From the NCBI GenBank assembly GCA_014240255.1, contig JAAZXG010000004.1:1-58083 (forward strand): a DNA stretch of 58,083 nucleotides, read 5' to 3'. This stretch comes from Methanobacteriota archaeon. Lineage in GTDB: Archaea > Thermoplasmatota > Poseidoniia > MGIII > CG-Epi1. Shown one piece after another: positions 21,088 to 29,909 of the stretch. The notes under the pieces are model-generated. The model was given only the letters and a program-made list of their open reading frames with translations, had not been told where the DNA came from and ran no database searches. Within the stretch, counting starts at the first letter, position 1; every line of letters starts with the position of its first letter. The translations under genes and the position numbers were made by a program.

Positions 21088-23973
21088 AATAAAAAGCTTT
21101 TAACCGATGTCTTAACTGGATGCATTATGAAAAAGTGTCCAGTCTGTGCAGTAGAAGTTGAGGATAATGCACCTTTTTGTAATATTTGTGGCGTTAATCT
21201 ATCTGGTGCAAAGGATGTAGGGCCTTCTTCAGTCGAAACTCCAGTATCTAAAGAATCTGGTACTCCTAAGTCTACTTCAGCACCTCCAATAATTAAGAGT
21301 GGCAAAACGAGTTTCTATTTACCTGCTTTACAGTTTTTAGCAGCAGTAGCTCTTCTCGGTCTTGTACTTTACTATACTACAGCAGACATTCCTGGGCCTG
21401 ATGCTGAATCGAAGGCAGCGGGTATGAACGGCACTTCTGAAAATCTTAATGCTTATGTAAGTGATGGAAATCCTCTCAGATGTCCCGATTGGATTAATCG
21501 TAATGCAGCTAATGATCCTGATGGATGTCCTTTAGTATTAACTTCTAGTTGGGAGACCGATAATTTTAATATTAAAGCAAATCAATATCAGAGTGTTTTA
21601 GGTTTAATTATCTTCTTAGGTCTTTGCATATTTATTCAGGCTAGGCGGATAAATGATAGCAATATCATGGCTCCATTGATATTTTGTATTTTGATTATGG
21701 TTCTAATTTATGCCTATATTGGAGGAGGTTATTCACCAGTTAATGATGATAAAATATGTACTACAGGTAATACAGATTGTATTTCAGACTTATATCCTGC
21801 TGAGGCTTTAAGTTCAGTTTATAGTACATTAGGGGCTACAACTGCTTTAATAGTTATAATTGTTTCTTATATTGTCTTTCTTTATTCCGTTACTGGAAAG
21901 GATATTAGTGAAGCTCCATTAAGTACAATATATTCTTTTGTGGGTGCAGGTTCATTAGTATTCGCAGCTTTGCATCATAATTGGGTCCGAGGTCCTTGGT
22001 TTAATTGTAGTACCTTATTTGATGGAAGTAGTGATTTAGATATTTTTAATGCATGTTATGCTGTCGATGGAACCCCAACCAGATCGTTGGTAAATTTACA
22101 ACCTGTTGAAATGATAATTTTACTTGCGGGTCTTCTTGCACTCTTATTTGGTATTGCAGCATATATTTTACAAACAATAAGATTGAAGGACATGGAGGAA
22201 GCTAAGTATTTCCTTATGATTCTTTTGGGTCTTGGTTTCCAATTTTTCGTTTTGGTTTGGAATTTAATAAGAAATCGAGCTAATCTTTATTTTGAACAAG
22301 GCGATATAATTCTAACAGTTTTATTTGTATCTATTGCCTTCCTCGGAATATACTTGTTTTATCGTAAAAGAAAGTCAGAACAGAGTATGGAAGGCTTGGC
22401 ATATTTTGGTTTATTCGCAGTAGGTATTGGTACTTTGTTTGCCACAATGATTGCACCTGCTTTACTTTCACAAAAAGATATTTCAGCACCAGATGATTCA
22501 ATTGGTTGGGTTATGTTAGTTATTCCACTTTTGGTAGCAGGTGGTGCTGTTTGGTATGGTATAAAGTTCGGAACAGAGAAGTTTAGAGATAGAATGATGG
22601 AAATGCAGTTATCAAGTCCACCAACTTCAGATCCATTTGATTCTTCATTTGAACCTGAAGAAGAGTCTAAATCTGATGAGCCTTCAGCACCAGTATCTTC
22701 TGGTGACATTAGTTTAGAAGATGCAATGGACCGACTTTTATCTGAGTTTCCAGAGGCGACGATTGATATCAAGCCAACCGAAGACGAAAATTACGGAACT
22801 GATCTTTCTCACTTAGATGATTTAGAAAAAGATTTAAAAGAAGAATTAGCTGCAACTCCAAAAATACGTAAAGCTATGAAAGTAGATTATAACGTAGATT
22901 ACGAAGAATTATCAAAATATTATTCTACAACTGAAGATACTATTAATCAAACGGTAACACATTTGAAATCAGGTCGAAATATAATGCTTTATGGTGATCC
23001 AGGTACTGGTAAGACTGCTCTAGCAAATTTATTATTGAGCCAGATTTGTGGTGTCAATGAAGCTAAAGATGGCAGTATGGTTCCAAATTATTCAATTGTT
23101 ACAGCCAATGCAGAATGGTCTAATTTTGAAGTAATAGGTGGTATTTCTCCTGATGACTCTGGCGGTTATTATTTCAAAGAGGGATATGTTGCTGATGCAG
23201 CTCAAAGTTGTGAAAAAACTATGCAAGATGTTGGTAAACCACATTACCTTGTGATTGATGAGTTTAATCGTGCAAATATTGATGAGGCTTTTGGTAAGCT
23301 TTTTACTGTTTTTGAGTACCGAGATAAACAAGCTTTATTGACGGCTAAAGAAACTGGAGGGGCACCTTTCATGATGCCTCCTGAGTTTAGAATAATTGGA
23401 ACTATGAATACCCAAGATAAGAATACATTATTCAATGTTGGTCATGCATTGATGCGTCGGTTTGCCTTTGTAGAAATAGGATTGCCTGACAGAGACGATG
23501 AATACAAACGTATGCCTATTTTTGTATTCAATAAATTGAATAAATTAGGTATTGCACCAGAGCGTCCTGAAACTGAGGAAGACTGGTATGCAAAGGAAAT
23601 GTTTGATTTTTACGATGAAGAGGGTATAATGTTCAAAGCCTTCAATAAATTCATGAATTTCTTGGAGGAAGAAGAACTTCCACAATCACGAGACGATGAA
23701 TTGGCACGAGGAGTTAGAACATATAGAAAGATTGGCCCTGCTGTAATTATTGATTCAATGCTTACTGTCTTTAATTCTATAGGACAATATGACTTGGATA
23801 GAGCACTTGGAGATGTAATCAAGTCTAATGTAATGCCCGCATTAGAAGGTTTAGAACGAAATGAATTAAAGTGTTTAATGCTAAAATCTCAAGAAGTATT
23901 GGGTCCTACTCACAGTATTACAGTTACTTTAGAGAAAATGGTAGATTCACCAGGTCTAAGCGTATTCGGTTGA
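21064..23973 (+). CDS. Membrane-anchored McrB-family AAA+ GTPase: N-terminal zinc ribbon, ~10 TM helices, C-terminal McrB-like motor
   Basis: Zinc ribbon 'CPVCAVEVEDNAPFCNICG' (21136-21192). Hydrophobic helices across 21313-22563. Walker A 'GDPGTGKT' (22994-23017). Walker B 'LVIDEFNRANIDEAFGKLFTVFE' (from 23248). 'IIGTMNTQDKN' (compare E. coli McrB MNTAD) and 'ALMRRFAFVEI'. The probable true start is ATG 21127. Confidence 0.8.
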   Translation: MVVKNVSHNKKLLTDVLTGCIMKKCPVCAVEVEDNAPFCNICGVNLSGAKDVGPSSVETPVSKESGTPKSTSAPPIIKSGKTSFYLPALQFLAAVALLGLVLYYTTADIPGPDAESKAAGMNGTSENLNAYVSDGNPLRCPDWINRNAANDPDGCPLVLTSSWETDNFNIKANQYQSVLGLIIFLGLCIFIQARRINDSNIMAPLIFCILIMVLIYAYIGGGYSPVNDDKICTTGNTDCISDLYPAEALSSVYSTLGATTALIVIIVSYIVFLYSVTGKDISEAPLSTIYSFVGAGSLVFAALHHNWVRGPWFNCSTLFDGSSDLDIFNACYAVDGTPTRSLVNLQPVEMIILLAGLLALLFGIAAYILQTIRLKDMEEAKYFLMILLGLGFQFFVLVWNLIRNRANLYFEQGDIILTVLFVSIAFLGIYLFYRKRKSEQSMEGLAYFGLFAVGIGTLFATMIAPALLSQKDISAPDDSIGWVMLVIPLLVAGGAVWYGIKFGTEKFRDRMMEMQLSSPPTSDPFDSSFEPEEESKSDEPSAPVSSGDISLEDAMDRLLSEFPEATIDIKPTEDENYGTDLSHLDDLEKDLKEELAATPKIRKAMKVDYNVDYEELSKYYSTTEDTINQTVTHLKSGRNIMLYGDPGTGKTALANLLLSQICGVNEAKDGSMVPNYSIVTANAEWSNFEVIGGISPDDSGGYYFKEGYVADAAQSCEKTMQDVGKPHYLVIDEFNRANIDEAFGKLFTVFEYRDKQALLTAKETGGAPFMMPPEFRIIGTMNTQDKNTLFNVGHALMRRFAFVEIGLPDRDDEYKRMPIFVFNKLNKLGIAPERPETEEDWYAKEMFDFYDEEGIMFKAFNKFMNFLEEEELPQSRDDELARGVRTYRKIGPAVIIDSMLTVFNSIGQYDLDRALGDVIKSNVMPALEGLERNELKCLMLKSQEVLGPTHSITVTLEKMVDSPGLSVFG

Positions 23974-23974
23974 T

Positions 23975-26095
23975 ATGAGCTTACCAGATGCAACAATAGA
24001 GCTCAAGTTACCTGAAGGACATTCAGTTAATTTAATTGAGGGCGAATCGGTGATGCTCAATATTAATGCTTTTAGGGCTTTAGAGGAGATTCATATTCGA
24101 ATGGGGACTGCTAAAGTCGATTCATTGCCACCAGTCAGATCCAATACAACACATTCAATGCAATTTATTGTTCCAGATTATATTGGAACTAATACTATTT
24201 CTTTACATAATAAATCAGGTAGCTCAATTTCAAATAAGTTGGAAGTAGTTGTTTCCCCTCGGATGTTAGATTATGAAAAATTTAAAGAACTAAGAGATGA
24301 GCACATACCCGATTTAGTTAAAAATTCCGGTGCTGATGACCCTCCAGAGGGTATGTATCCAGGCGCAACTTCTTCGATTGAAGAAGAAAAGATACTATTG
24401 AATATTGAGAAGTTACTCGAATTCTCAAGTAATTTATTGCAAATAACAAACGACATCAAAAAAGGAGCTTACACTTACAAAGTTGAAGTTCAGCGTAAAA
24501 CAATGAAGTCTCAGATACGAGGGGCTGTAAGATGGCAAAAAACAGCACTAGCACGTGCTCAGAAAGGAACTGAATATGCGACAGCTCATGTTACCGATAT
24601 ACGTAAAAGAAAATGGAGTACACCTACAAATATTTTATTAGTAAAATTTCATATGGAAGTATTTATTGAGGCTATATTCTTTCGAGATGAGATGGACCGC
24701 CGTGAGCGTGAAAAGAAAGCTTGGGCAATCATTTATGGTAAAGAATACCAACCTCTTGATGACTCTACTAAAGAGCAATTAGATAAATTAGATTTAGCAT
24801 GTAAATTTCACAAGGGTGTTTTGGGTGATGGAAAGTTAGCTGAGTTGATCCCAAAAGCTAAAGATACAAGAAAAGAAGAAAGATTAATAAATCGTGAGGC
24901 TATAATTGAAGCTAAAACTTGGAGTAGGAACCGAGCATATAGGGAGTTACCAACGCTTTGGAGAGAGTTTTTAGATGAATATCAATCATACTACGAAGAG
25001 ACCGTATTGGTACAAACTCAAAAAATGACAGATATTTATGCTTTATGGATTCTTTGTGAAATGGCTTCTGGTTTGAAATTAAGTGCACATGCTAAATCCT
25101 TAAGAGAATTCCGCTCAAAAAATAAAGATATAGTGCTTAAATATGATGCACCCGAACAAGTAAGACAGGGGTGGAGCGATTCAATTATGGGTTCTTTATT
25201 TGCAGATTCAGAGGTAAAATCTAATCCTATTCAGGGTTCTGGACAACCTGAAATCTTTATGAATTATAGAGGTGTAAATTTTTATTTTGAGGCTAAATAT
25301 AATTTGAGAGAAGTTCCTCGACAAGAGGATGTCTACAAAGTTTTGGCTTACATGAATAATTATGATGTTTCATGTGGTGGTATTGTATATCCTGGACCTC
25401 AATTAAAAATAACAGTGGATAGGAAAAATAAACAAGTAATGGCATGGATTCCATTTACTTGGACTGAAAAGGCATTTGAAGTTGCACCTAATTATTTTGC
25501 TTTTGTTTCAGATAGAATGGCAGCCATTCATTCTAAAATAGACGGCGATGAGGAAGAGCTCTCTAATTTTGTTGGGGAAGTCGAAAGGACAGCTTTTGAT
25601 TTTTATGAGGCTATAGCCACACCTGGTGCAGTGGCACCTGAAATGCCCGAATTTTTGTATAATGAAGAGGTTGAATTAGACTTGGATGAATTAATAGAAA
25701 CTGAAGAAGAGGAGATCGAAGAGGATGGTGAAATGTCAACTGAAGAAGTTTTAGAGGCTCTTGGAGAAGAAGGTAGTTCAGATAAGCGGGAACAACTGAT
25801 TTCAGATATCGAAGAAGGTGAAGTTCCAGCTGGTCAAGGCGGTGATGGAGATTATGCAATTTCTAAACCAGTTTCTGAAAATGAAGCTTTGAATAGTGAG
25901 GATGTTGAAGACCTCTCTCCAGTTGTAGAAGAAGTTGAAGATTTTACTCCAGTTGTAGAAGAAGTTGAAGATTTTAGTTCTAGCGTGGAAGAAGTGGAAG
26001 AATTTTCTCAAGTGACAGATTCAATTCCAGATAAGAAAGTCTCAGTTTCGATAGAACAACTCAGGAAGAAAATGAGTGAAGAAGGTGAGGACTAA
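23975..26095 (+). CDS. McrC/DUF2357-like PD-(D/E)xK nuclease partner with a long acidic C-terminal tail
   Basis: Starts 1 nt after the upstream stop. 'QIRGAVRWQKT'. Nuclease core 'QPEIFMNYRGVNFYFEAKY' (25244-25300) followed by 'DVYKVLAYMNNY'. The last ~170 aa are Glu/Asp-rich. Confidence 0.65.
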   Translation: MSLPDATIELKLPEGHSVNLIEGESVMLNINAFRALEEIHIRMGTAKVDSLPPVRSNTTHSMQFIVPDYIGTNTISLHNKSGSSISNKLEVVVSPRMLDYEKFKELRDEHIPDLVKNSGADDPPEGMYPGATSSIEEEKILLNIEKLLEFSSNLLQITNDIKKGAYTYKVEVQRKTMKSQIRGAVRWQKTALARAQKGTEYATAHVTDIRKRKWSTPTNILLVKFHMEVFIEAIFFRDEMDRREREKKAWAIIYGKEYQPLDDSTKEQLDKLDLACKFHKGVLGDGKLAELIPKAKDTRKEERLINREAIIEAKTWSRNRAYRELPTLWREFLDEYQSYYEETVLVQTQKMTDIYALWILCEMASGLKLSAHAKSLREFRSKNKDIVLKYDAPEQVRQGWSDSIMGSLFADSEVKSNPIQGSGQPEIFMNYRGVNFYFEAKYNLREVPRQEDVYKVLAYMNNYDVSCGGIVYPGPQLKITVDRKNKQVMAWIPFTWTEKAFEVAPNYFAFVSDRMAAIHSKIDGDEEELSNFVGEVERTAFDFYEAIATPGAVAPEMPEFLYNEEVELDLDELIETEEEEIEEDGEMSTEEVLEALGEEGSSDKREQLISDIEEGEVPAGQGGDGDYAISKPVSENEALNSEDVEDLSPVVEEVEDFTPVVEEVEDFSSSVEEVEEFSQVTDSIPDKKVSVSIEQLRKKMSEEGED
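25919..26008 (+). repeat. In-frame 30-nt tandem repeat x3 (PVVEEVEDFT-like units) in the acidic tail of the McrC-like gene
   Basis: 'ccagttgtagaagaagttgaagattttact' (25919-25948), a near-identical copy at 25949-25978, and a degenerate copy at 25979-26008. Confidence 0.85.
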
Positions 26096-26113
26096 TAAAT
26101 TCTGATGATAATT

Positions 26114-26123
26114 AGTTAAATAG
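26114..26123 (+). promoter_or_regulatory. Candidate TATA box for gap
   Basis: 'agttaaatag' is centred ~24 nt upstream of ATG 26143. Confidence 0.35.
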
Positions 26124-26142
26124 CACTATCAAATGAAGATAT

Positions 26143-27177
26143 ATGATTAAGGTAGGCATCAATGGTTATGGAACTATTGGGAAGCGGGTGGCCGAGGCAG
26201 TACAACTCCAAGATGACATGGAGATTGTTGGCGTTGTAAAGACAAAACCAACTTATGAAATTAAAGGGGCGCTTGATGCCGGTTTTCCAGTTTTTGCTTC
26301 TACAAAGTCGAAAATAGCTTTTTTTGAAGAAAAAGGGGTTACAATCTCAGGAATTACCGAAGATTTAGTGAACCTTGCAGATATTATTATTGATTGTACT
26401 CCGGGTAAATTAGGAGTGAATAACATGGAGATGTATAAACAGAGTGGAACCAAGGCTATATGGCAGGGTGGTGAAAAACATGCACCTATAGGAGTTAGTT
26501 TTAATGCTCTAACAAACTATTCATCTTCCATAAATCAAGACTATGTAAGAGTAGTCTCTTGTAATACAACAGGTCTTTCTAGGACTCTATATCCTATTTT
26601 GAGCAAATATAATATTGATAATGTACAAGCTGTAATGGTTAGACGTAGTGGTGATCCCAAAGACAGTGATAGAGGGCCAATAAATTCCATAGAGCCCGTT
26701 CTAACAGTTCCTAGCCATCATGGTCCTGATGTTCAAACAGTTATAGCTGATTTGAATATACAAACTATGGCAGTTAAAGTTCCAACAACAATCATGCACG
26801 TTCATTGTATTATAGCCGAATTAGATAGAGAACCAGATGTTGAAGAAATTATTTCACTTTGGGAAGCTACACCTAGAGTTAATTTATTGGAAGGTTTTTT
26901 GAGGAATAAGGATTTAAAAATCCGTAATCTCCCTGGTACTGCAGAGATAATGGAGTTGGCCAGAGATTCCTCTTATACAAGAGGAGATTTGAACCAAATA
27001 GCTGTTTGGAAAGATGGAATCCACGGGTTAGATAATAAATTGTATTACTACCAAGCAATACATCAGGAATCAGATGTTATTCCTGAAAATATTGATGCAA
27101 TAAGGGCTATGTTTAATTTAGAAAGCGATAATCTAAAATCTATTGATAAGACTAACAAGGCTTTGGGTATCAATTAG
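26143..27177 (+). CDS. gap: Glyceraldehyde-3-phosphate dehydrogenase, archaeal type II
   Basis: 'VGINGYGTIGKRVA', active-site 'SCNTTGL'. 344 aa. Confidence 0.9.
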   Translation: MIKVGINGYGTIGKRVAEAVQLQDDMEIVGVVKTKPTYEIKGALDAGFPVFASTKSKIAFFEEKGVTISGITEDLVNLADIIIDCTPGKLGVNNMEMYKQSGTKAIWQGGEKHAPIGVSFNALTNYSSSINQDYVRVVSCNTTGLSRTLYPILSKYNIDNVQAVMVRRSGDPKDSDRGPINSIEPVLTVPSHHGPDVQTVIADLNIQTMAVKVPTTIMHVHCIIAELDREPDVEEIISLWEATPRVNLLEGFLRNKDLKIRNLPGTAEIMELARDSSYTRGDLNQIAVWKDGIHGLDNKLYYYQAIHQESDVIPENIDAIRAMFNLESDNLKSIDKTNKALGIN

Positions 27178-28051
27178 TTATTTGTTTAACTTTACTGACA
27201 GCTAGGGAGTTATGTGTTGCATCTAGATTGTTATCTGAGGCAATTCTAACAAATTCTCCGTTTATTGCTTCAATTTCTGTTTCTTGTTTATTTTCCACAT
27301 CTTGTAACATACTACATTTATTACTAGCAGTTTTATCTAAGATAGTAACAATTTCTTTCCAAGGGTCTAATGGTAGATTTATACCTACATGGTGAGCAAT
27401 AGCCGTACTTTCGGCACAAATTTCCTCTACTGCACGAATTAATTTTTTCTTTCTGAGATCTCCATTTGTTACCTTGTTAATGGTGGCTATTGGATTTATG
27501 GCACTGTTGATAACAGCTTTTAACCAAATATAGTCTTGAATGTTTTCTACTGAACCGCACTTAATTCCATTAGCATTCAAGGAGTCTGATATATTCTTAA
27601 TATTCAATCCATTATGTCCCTCTATTTGCCCGATGAAGGTAAAACCCTCTCCATTGCGATGCGAAATCCCAGCTTCAATCTTCGAACTTCCAGCACCCGT
27701 TACCAAGTATGAAATATTGTTTGGATTGATTTCCTTTTTTAATCTATTAAGCGTTTGTAGTCCATTTTGGCAACATAAGATTGGAGTATCTATTCTTATT
27801 AGTTCATTGACCAAGTTTTTGATGTTGTAGCTTTTTACAGCTAAAATTACTAAATCTGTTTTACTCAGTTCAGTAATTATTGTTATTTCTTTATCAATGA
27901 TTTTACCAGATAGTTCTTTAATACTAATTTTACCTTTTTCTATTAGATTATAATGTTCTTGTTTTACCAGTAATGATACAGTATTATTATTAGCTAATGA
28001 ATAGGCCAATGAAACACCAATGGCACCAGGACCGATTATAGTTATGTTCAT
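27170..28051 (-). CDS. panE: 2-dehydropantoate 2-reductase (ApbA/PanE family)
   Basis: 'ITIIGPGAIGVSLAYSL' N-terminal Rossmann fold. Length and C-terminal helical domain are typical of ketopantoate reductase. Confidence 0.75.
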   Translation of the reverse strand: MNITIIGPGAIGVSLAYSLANNNTVSLLVKQEHYNLIEKGKISIKELSGKIIDKEITIITELSKTDLVILAVKSYNIKNLVNELIRIDTPILCCQNGLQTLNRLKKEINPNNISYLVTGAGSSKIEAGISHRNGEGFTFIGQIEGHNGLNIKNISDSLNANGIKCGSVENIQDYIWLKAVINSAINPIATINKVTNGDLRKKKLIRAVEEICAESTAIAHHVGINLPLDPWKEIVTILDKTASNKCSMLQDVENKQETEIEAINGEFVRIASDNNLDATHNSLAVSKVKQITN

Positions 28052-28482
28052 TAGTTTCGAATGTATATGAGACTCCGATTATTAATAATTTGAATTACTA
28101 CTTCTAGTTGGGGTTTTTTCAAATCAACTTTAATGTTTGGCCAATTGTCAAACACAGCTCCAGCAACGTTTCTTGCAAGGCCCGTAGAAGTATATTTGTG
28201 ATCGCCTTTTCTTGTAACTTTAATCGCAAAACTGTTGGTTTCTTTTATTCTTTTAATTAGCATCTTAATCTTTGAGTAGATATCTTTTTCTTCGGAAGTA
28301 GACATAATCGCTGGAGGGTAGTTTCTATCTTTGGGAAGTGGGTTCTTGGTTTCGAGGAAGATTTTTTTACCGAATGTATTGTATTTCGCAATTATTTCTT
28401 CTTCATACAAAGAAATGATTATTTTGTCACCGATTTTTCTTAGACTTTGATTTGAATCAGTTTCTATAATAAAACCATACAT
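28051..28482 (-). CDS. THUMP-domain RNA-binding protein
   Basis: 'FAIKVTRKGDHKYTSTGLARNVAGAV...VDLKKPQLEVVIQI' follows the THUMP pattern. 1-nt overlaps with both neighbours. Confidence 0.5.
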   Translation of the reverse strand: MYGFIIETDSNQSLRKIGDKIIISLYEEEIIAKYNTFGKKIFLETKNPLPKDRNYPPAIMSTSEEKDIYSKIKMLIKRIKETNSFAIKVTRKGDHKYTSTGLARNVAGAVFDNWPNIKVDLKKPQLEVVIQIINNRSLIYIRN

Positions 28483-29813
28483 TAGAGTGCGTCCAAAACT
28501 TTGTCAATGATTTCCTCAGAATGGCCAATATAATTCTCAGGTTGTAAGGTTTTTTGTATTACTTCATTGCTCAAATATTCTTTTACAGTAGAATTATTAC
28601 TTATCGCTTCATTGAAAGTCAATTTATTACTTTCAGCATCCATCGAAATTTGACGTACAAGTTCGTGAGCTTCTTGCCTTCCTAAATCAGTTTTACCAAG
28701 TGCAATTACAAAAGCTTCAGCCATTGGAAGTCCTCCTGCACGAGACATGTTTTCAGACATTTTTTCTTTATTAACATAAAGATTTGAGAATACATTATCA
28801 GATTTAATAAGAATGTATTCTAATAAAATATAAAATTGAGGTAAAATTATTCTTTCACTGCTGGAGTTAGCTAAATCTCTTTCATGCCATTGCAGGTTAT
28901 TTTCGTATGAAGTATAAAGCATAGATCTAACTATTCTCGAAAGTCCGCCTATATTTTCAGAGGTAATAGGATTTTTCTTTTGAGCCATTGTTGAAGAACC
29001 TACCTGTTTCTTTTTGTTAAATGCTTCAGCTACTTCCCCGATATCACTTCTTTGTAGATTACGTACTTCCAAAGTAAATTTTTCTAAACTTGTTGCTAGG
29101 TTTGATCCCCATGCAATTACTTCAGCTATTCGGTCTCTCCCCAGTATTTGGGTGGTAGCTAATGGTTCATTTAGGCCTAATTTTTTGCATATTTCGGTTT
29201 GAACTTCCAATGTATTAGGCGCCATAGCTGCACCGGAACCAACTGCTCCCAAAAATTTACCAGTCAAGATGCGGGGTTTAATTTCTTTTAGTCTTTCACG
29301 ATGTCTAATCAATTCAGCCAAGAATACTGAAATCTTAAGGCCAAATGTAATAGGTGTGGCCCACTGTCCATGTGTACGACCTAGCATAACTGTTTTTTTA
29401 TGAGATTTAGCAAGTATAGCCATTGAATTAATCAAATTATTTATTGCTTTTTCAAGCAAAACTATTGCAGCTTTATGTTGTAAACCCCTAGCAGTATCAA
29501 CGATATCATAACTTGTAGCTCCGAAATGAATCCATTTACCAGAGTCCCCAGATTGTTCTTCAAGAGCCTTAACAACAGCCATCACGTCATGATTAATCTC
29601 AGATTCTATTTCTTCTACTCTTTCTCTATTGACTAATTTAACGCCTTTCCTAATATTTTTAGAAATACCTTTAGGGATAATTTGCTTAGCTTCCTGAACC
29701 TCTGCTAATGTAGCTTCAACTTCAAGTAAATATTGTAAATAAGAATTGGCTCTGAATACGGTTCTCATTGGCTCAGTACCGTATCTGTAGTCAAGCACAC
29801 TGACCGGGTCCAT
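28482..29813 (-). CDS. purB: Adenylosuccinate lyase
   Basis: Fumarate-lyase signature 'GSSTMAQKKNP'. N-terminal 'DYRYGTEPMRTVF'. Confidence 0.95.
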   Translation of the reverse strand: MDPVSVLDYRYGTEPMRTVFRANSYLQYLLEVEATLAEVQEAKQIIPKGISKNIRKGVKLVNRERVEEIESEINHDVMAVVKALEEQSGDSGKWIHFGATSYDIVDTARGLQHKAAIVLLEKAINNLINSMAILAKSHKKTVMLGRTHGQWATPITFGLKISVFLAELIRHRERLKEIKPRILTGKFLGAVGSGAAMAPNTLEVQTEICKKLGLNEPLATTQILGRDRIAEVIAWGSNLATSLEKFTLEVRNLQRSDIGEVAEAFNKKKQVGSSTMAQKKNPITSENIGGLSRIVRSMLYTSYENNLQWHERDLANSSSERIILPQFYILLEYILIKSDNVFSNLYVNKEKMSENMSRAGGLPMAEAFVIALGKTDLGRQEAHELVRQISMDAESNKLTFNEAISNNSTVKEYLSNEVIQKTLQPENYIGHSEEIIDKVLDAL

Positions 29814-29832
29814 ACTTTTGCTAAAAAGTACC

Positions 29833-29842
29833 CATTATAAAC
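29833..29842 (-). promoter_or_regulatory. Candidate TATA box for purB
   Basis: The minus strand reads 'gtttataatg', centred ~25 nt upstream of the start codon at 29813. Confidence 0.35.
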
Positions 29843-29876
29843 TCTGCGTTTCTTTTATCCAAATTTTTTTGGCATC

Positions 29877-29887
29877 CTTTTATATAA
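29877..29887 (+). promoter_or_regulatory. Candidate TATA box for the CARDB surface protein gene
   Basis: 'cttttatataa' is centred ~28 nt upstream of ATG 29910. Confidence 0.35.
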
Positions 29888-29909
29888 CAAAACTATAACG
29901 GTAATAACA

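Noticed and set aside
21048-21305. 85-aa minus-strand ORF across the start of the McrB-like gene (also 22359-22772, 23092-23435, 23610-23822)
   Set aside because: They are antisense to a long ORF with strong motif support and have no recognisable features.
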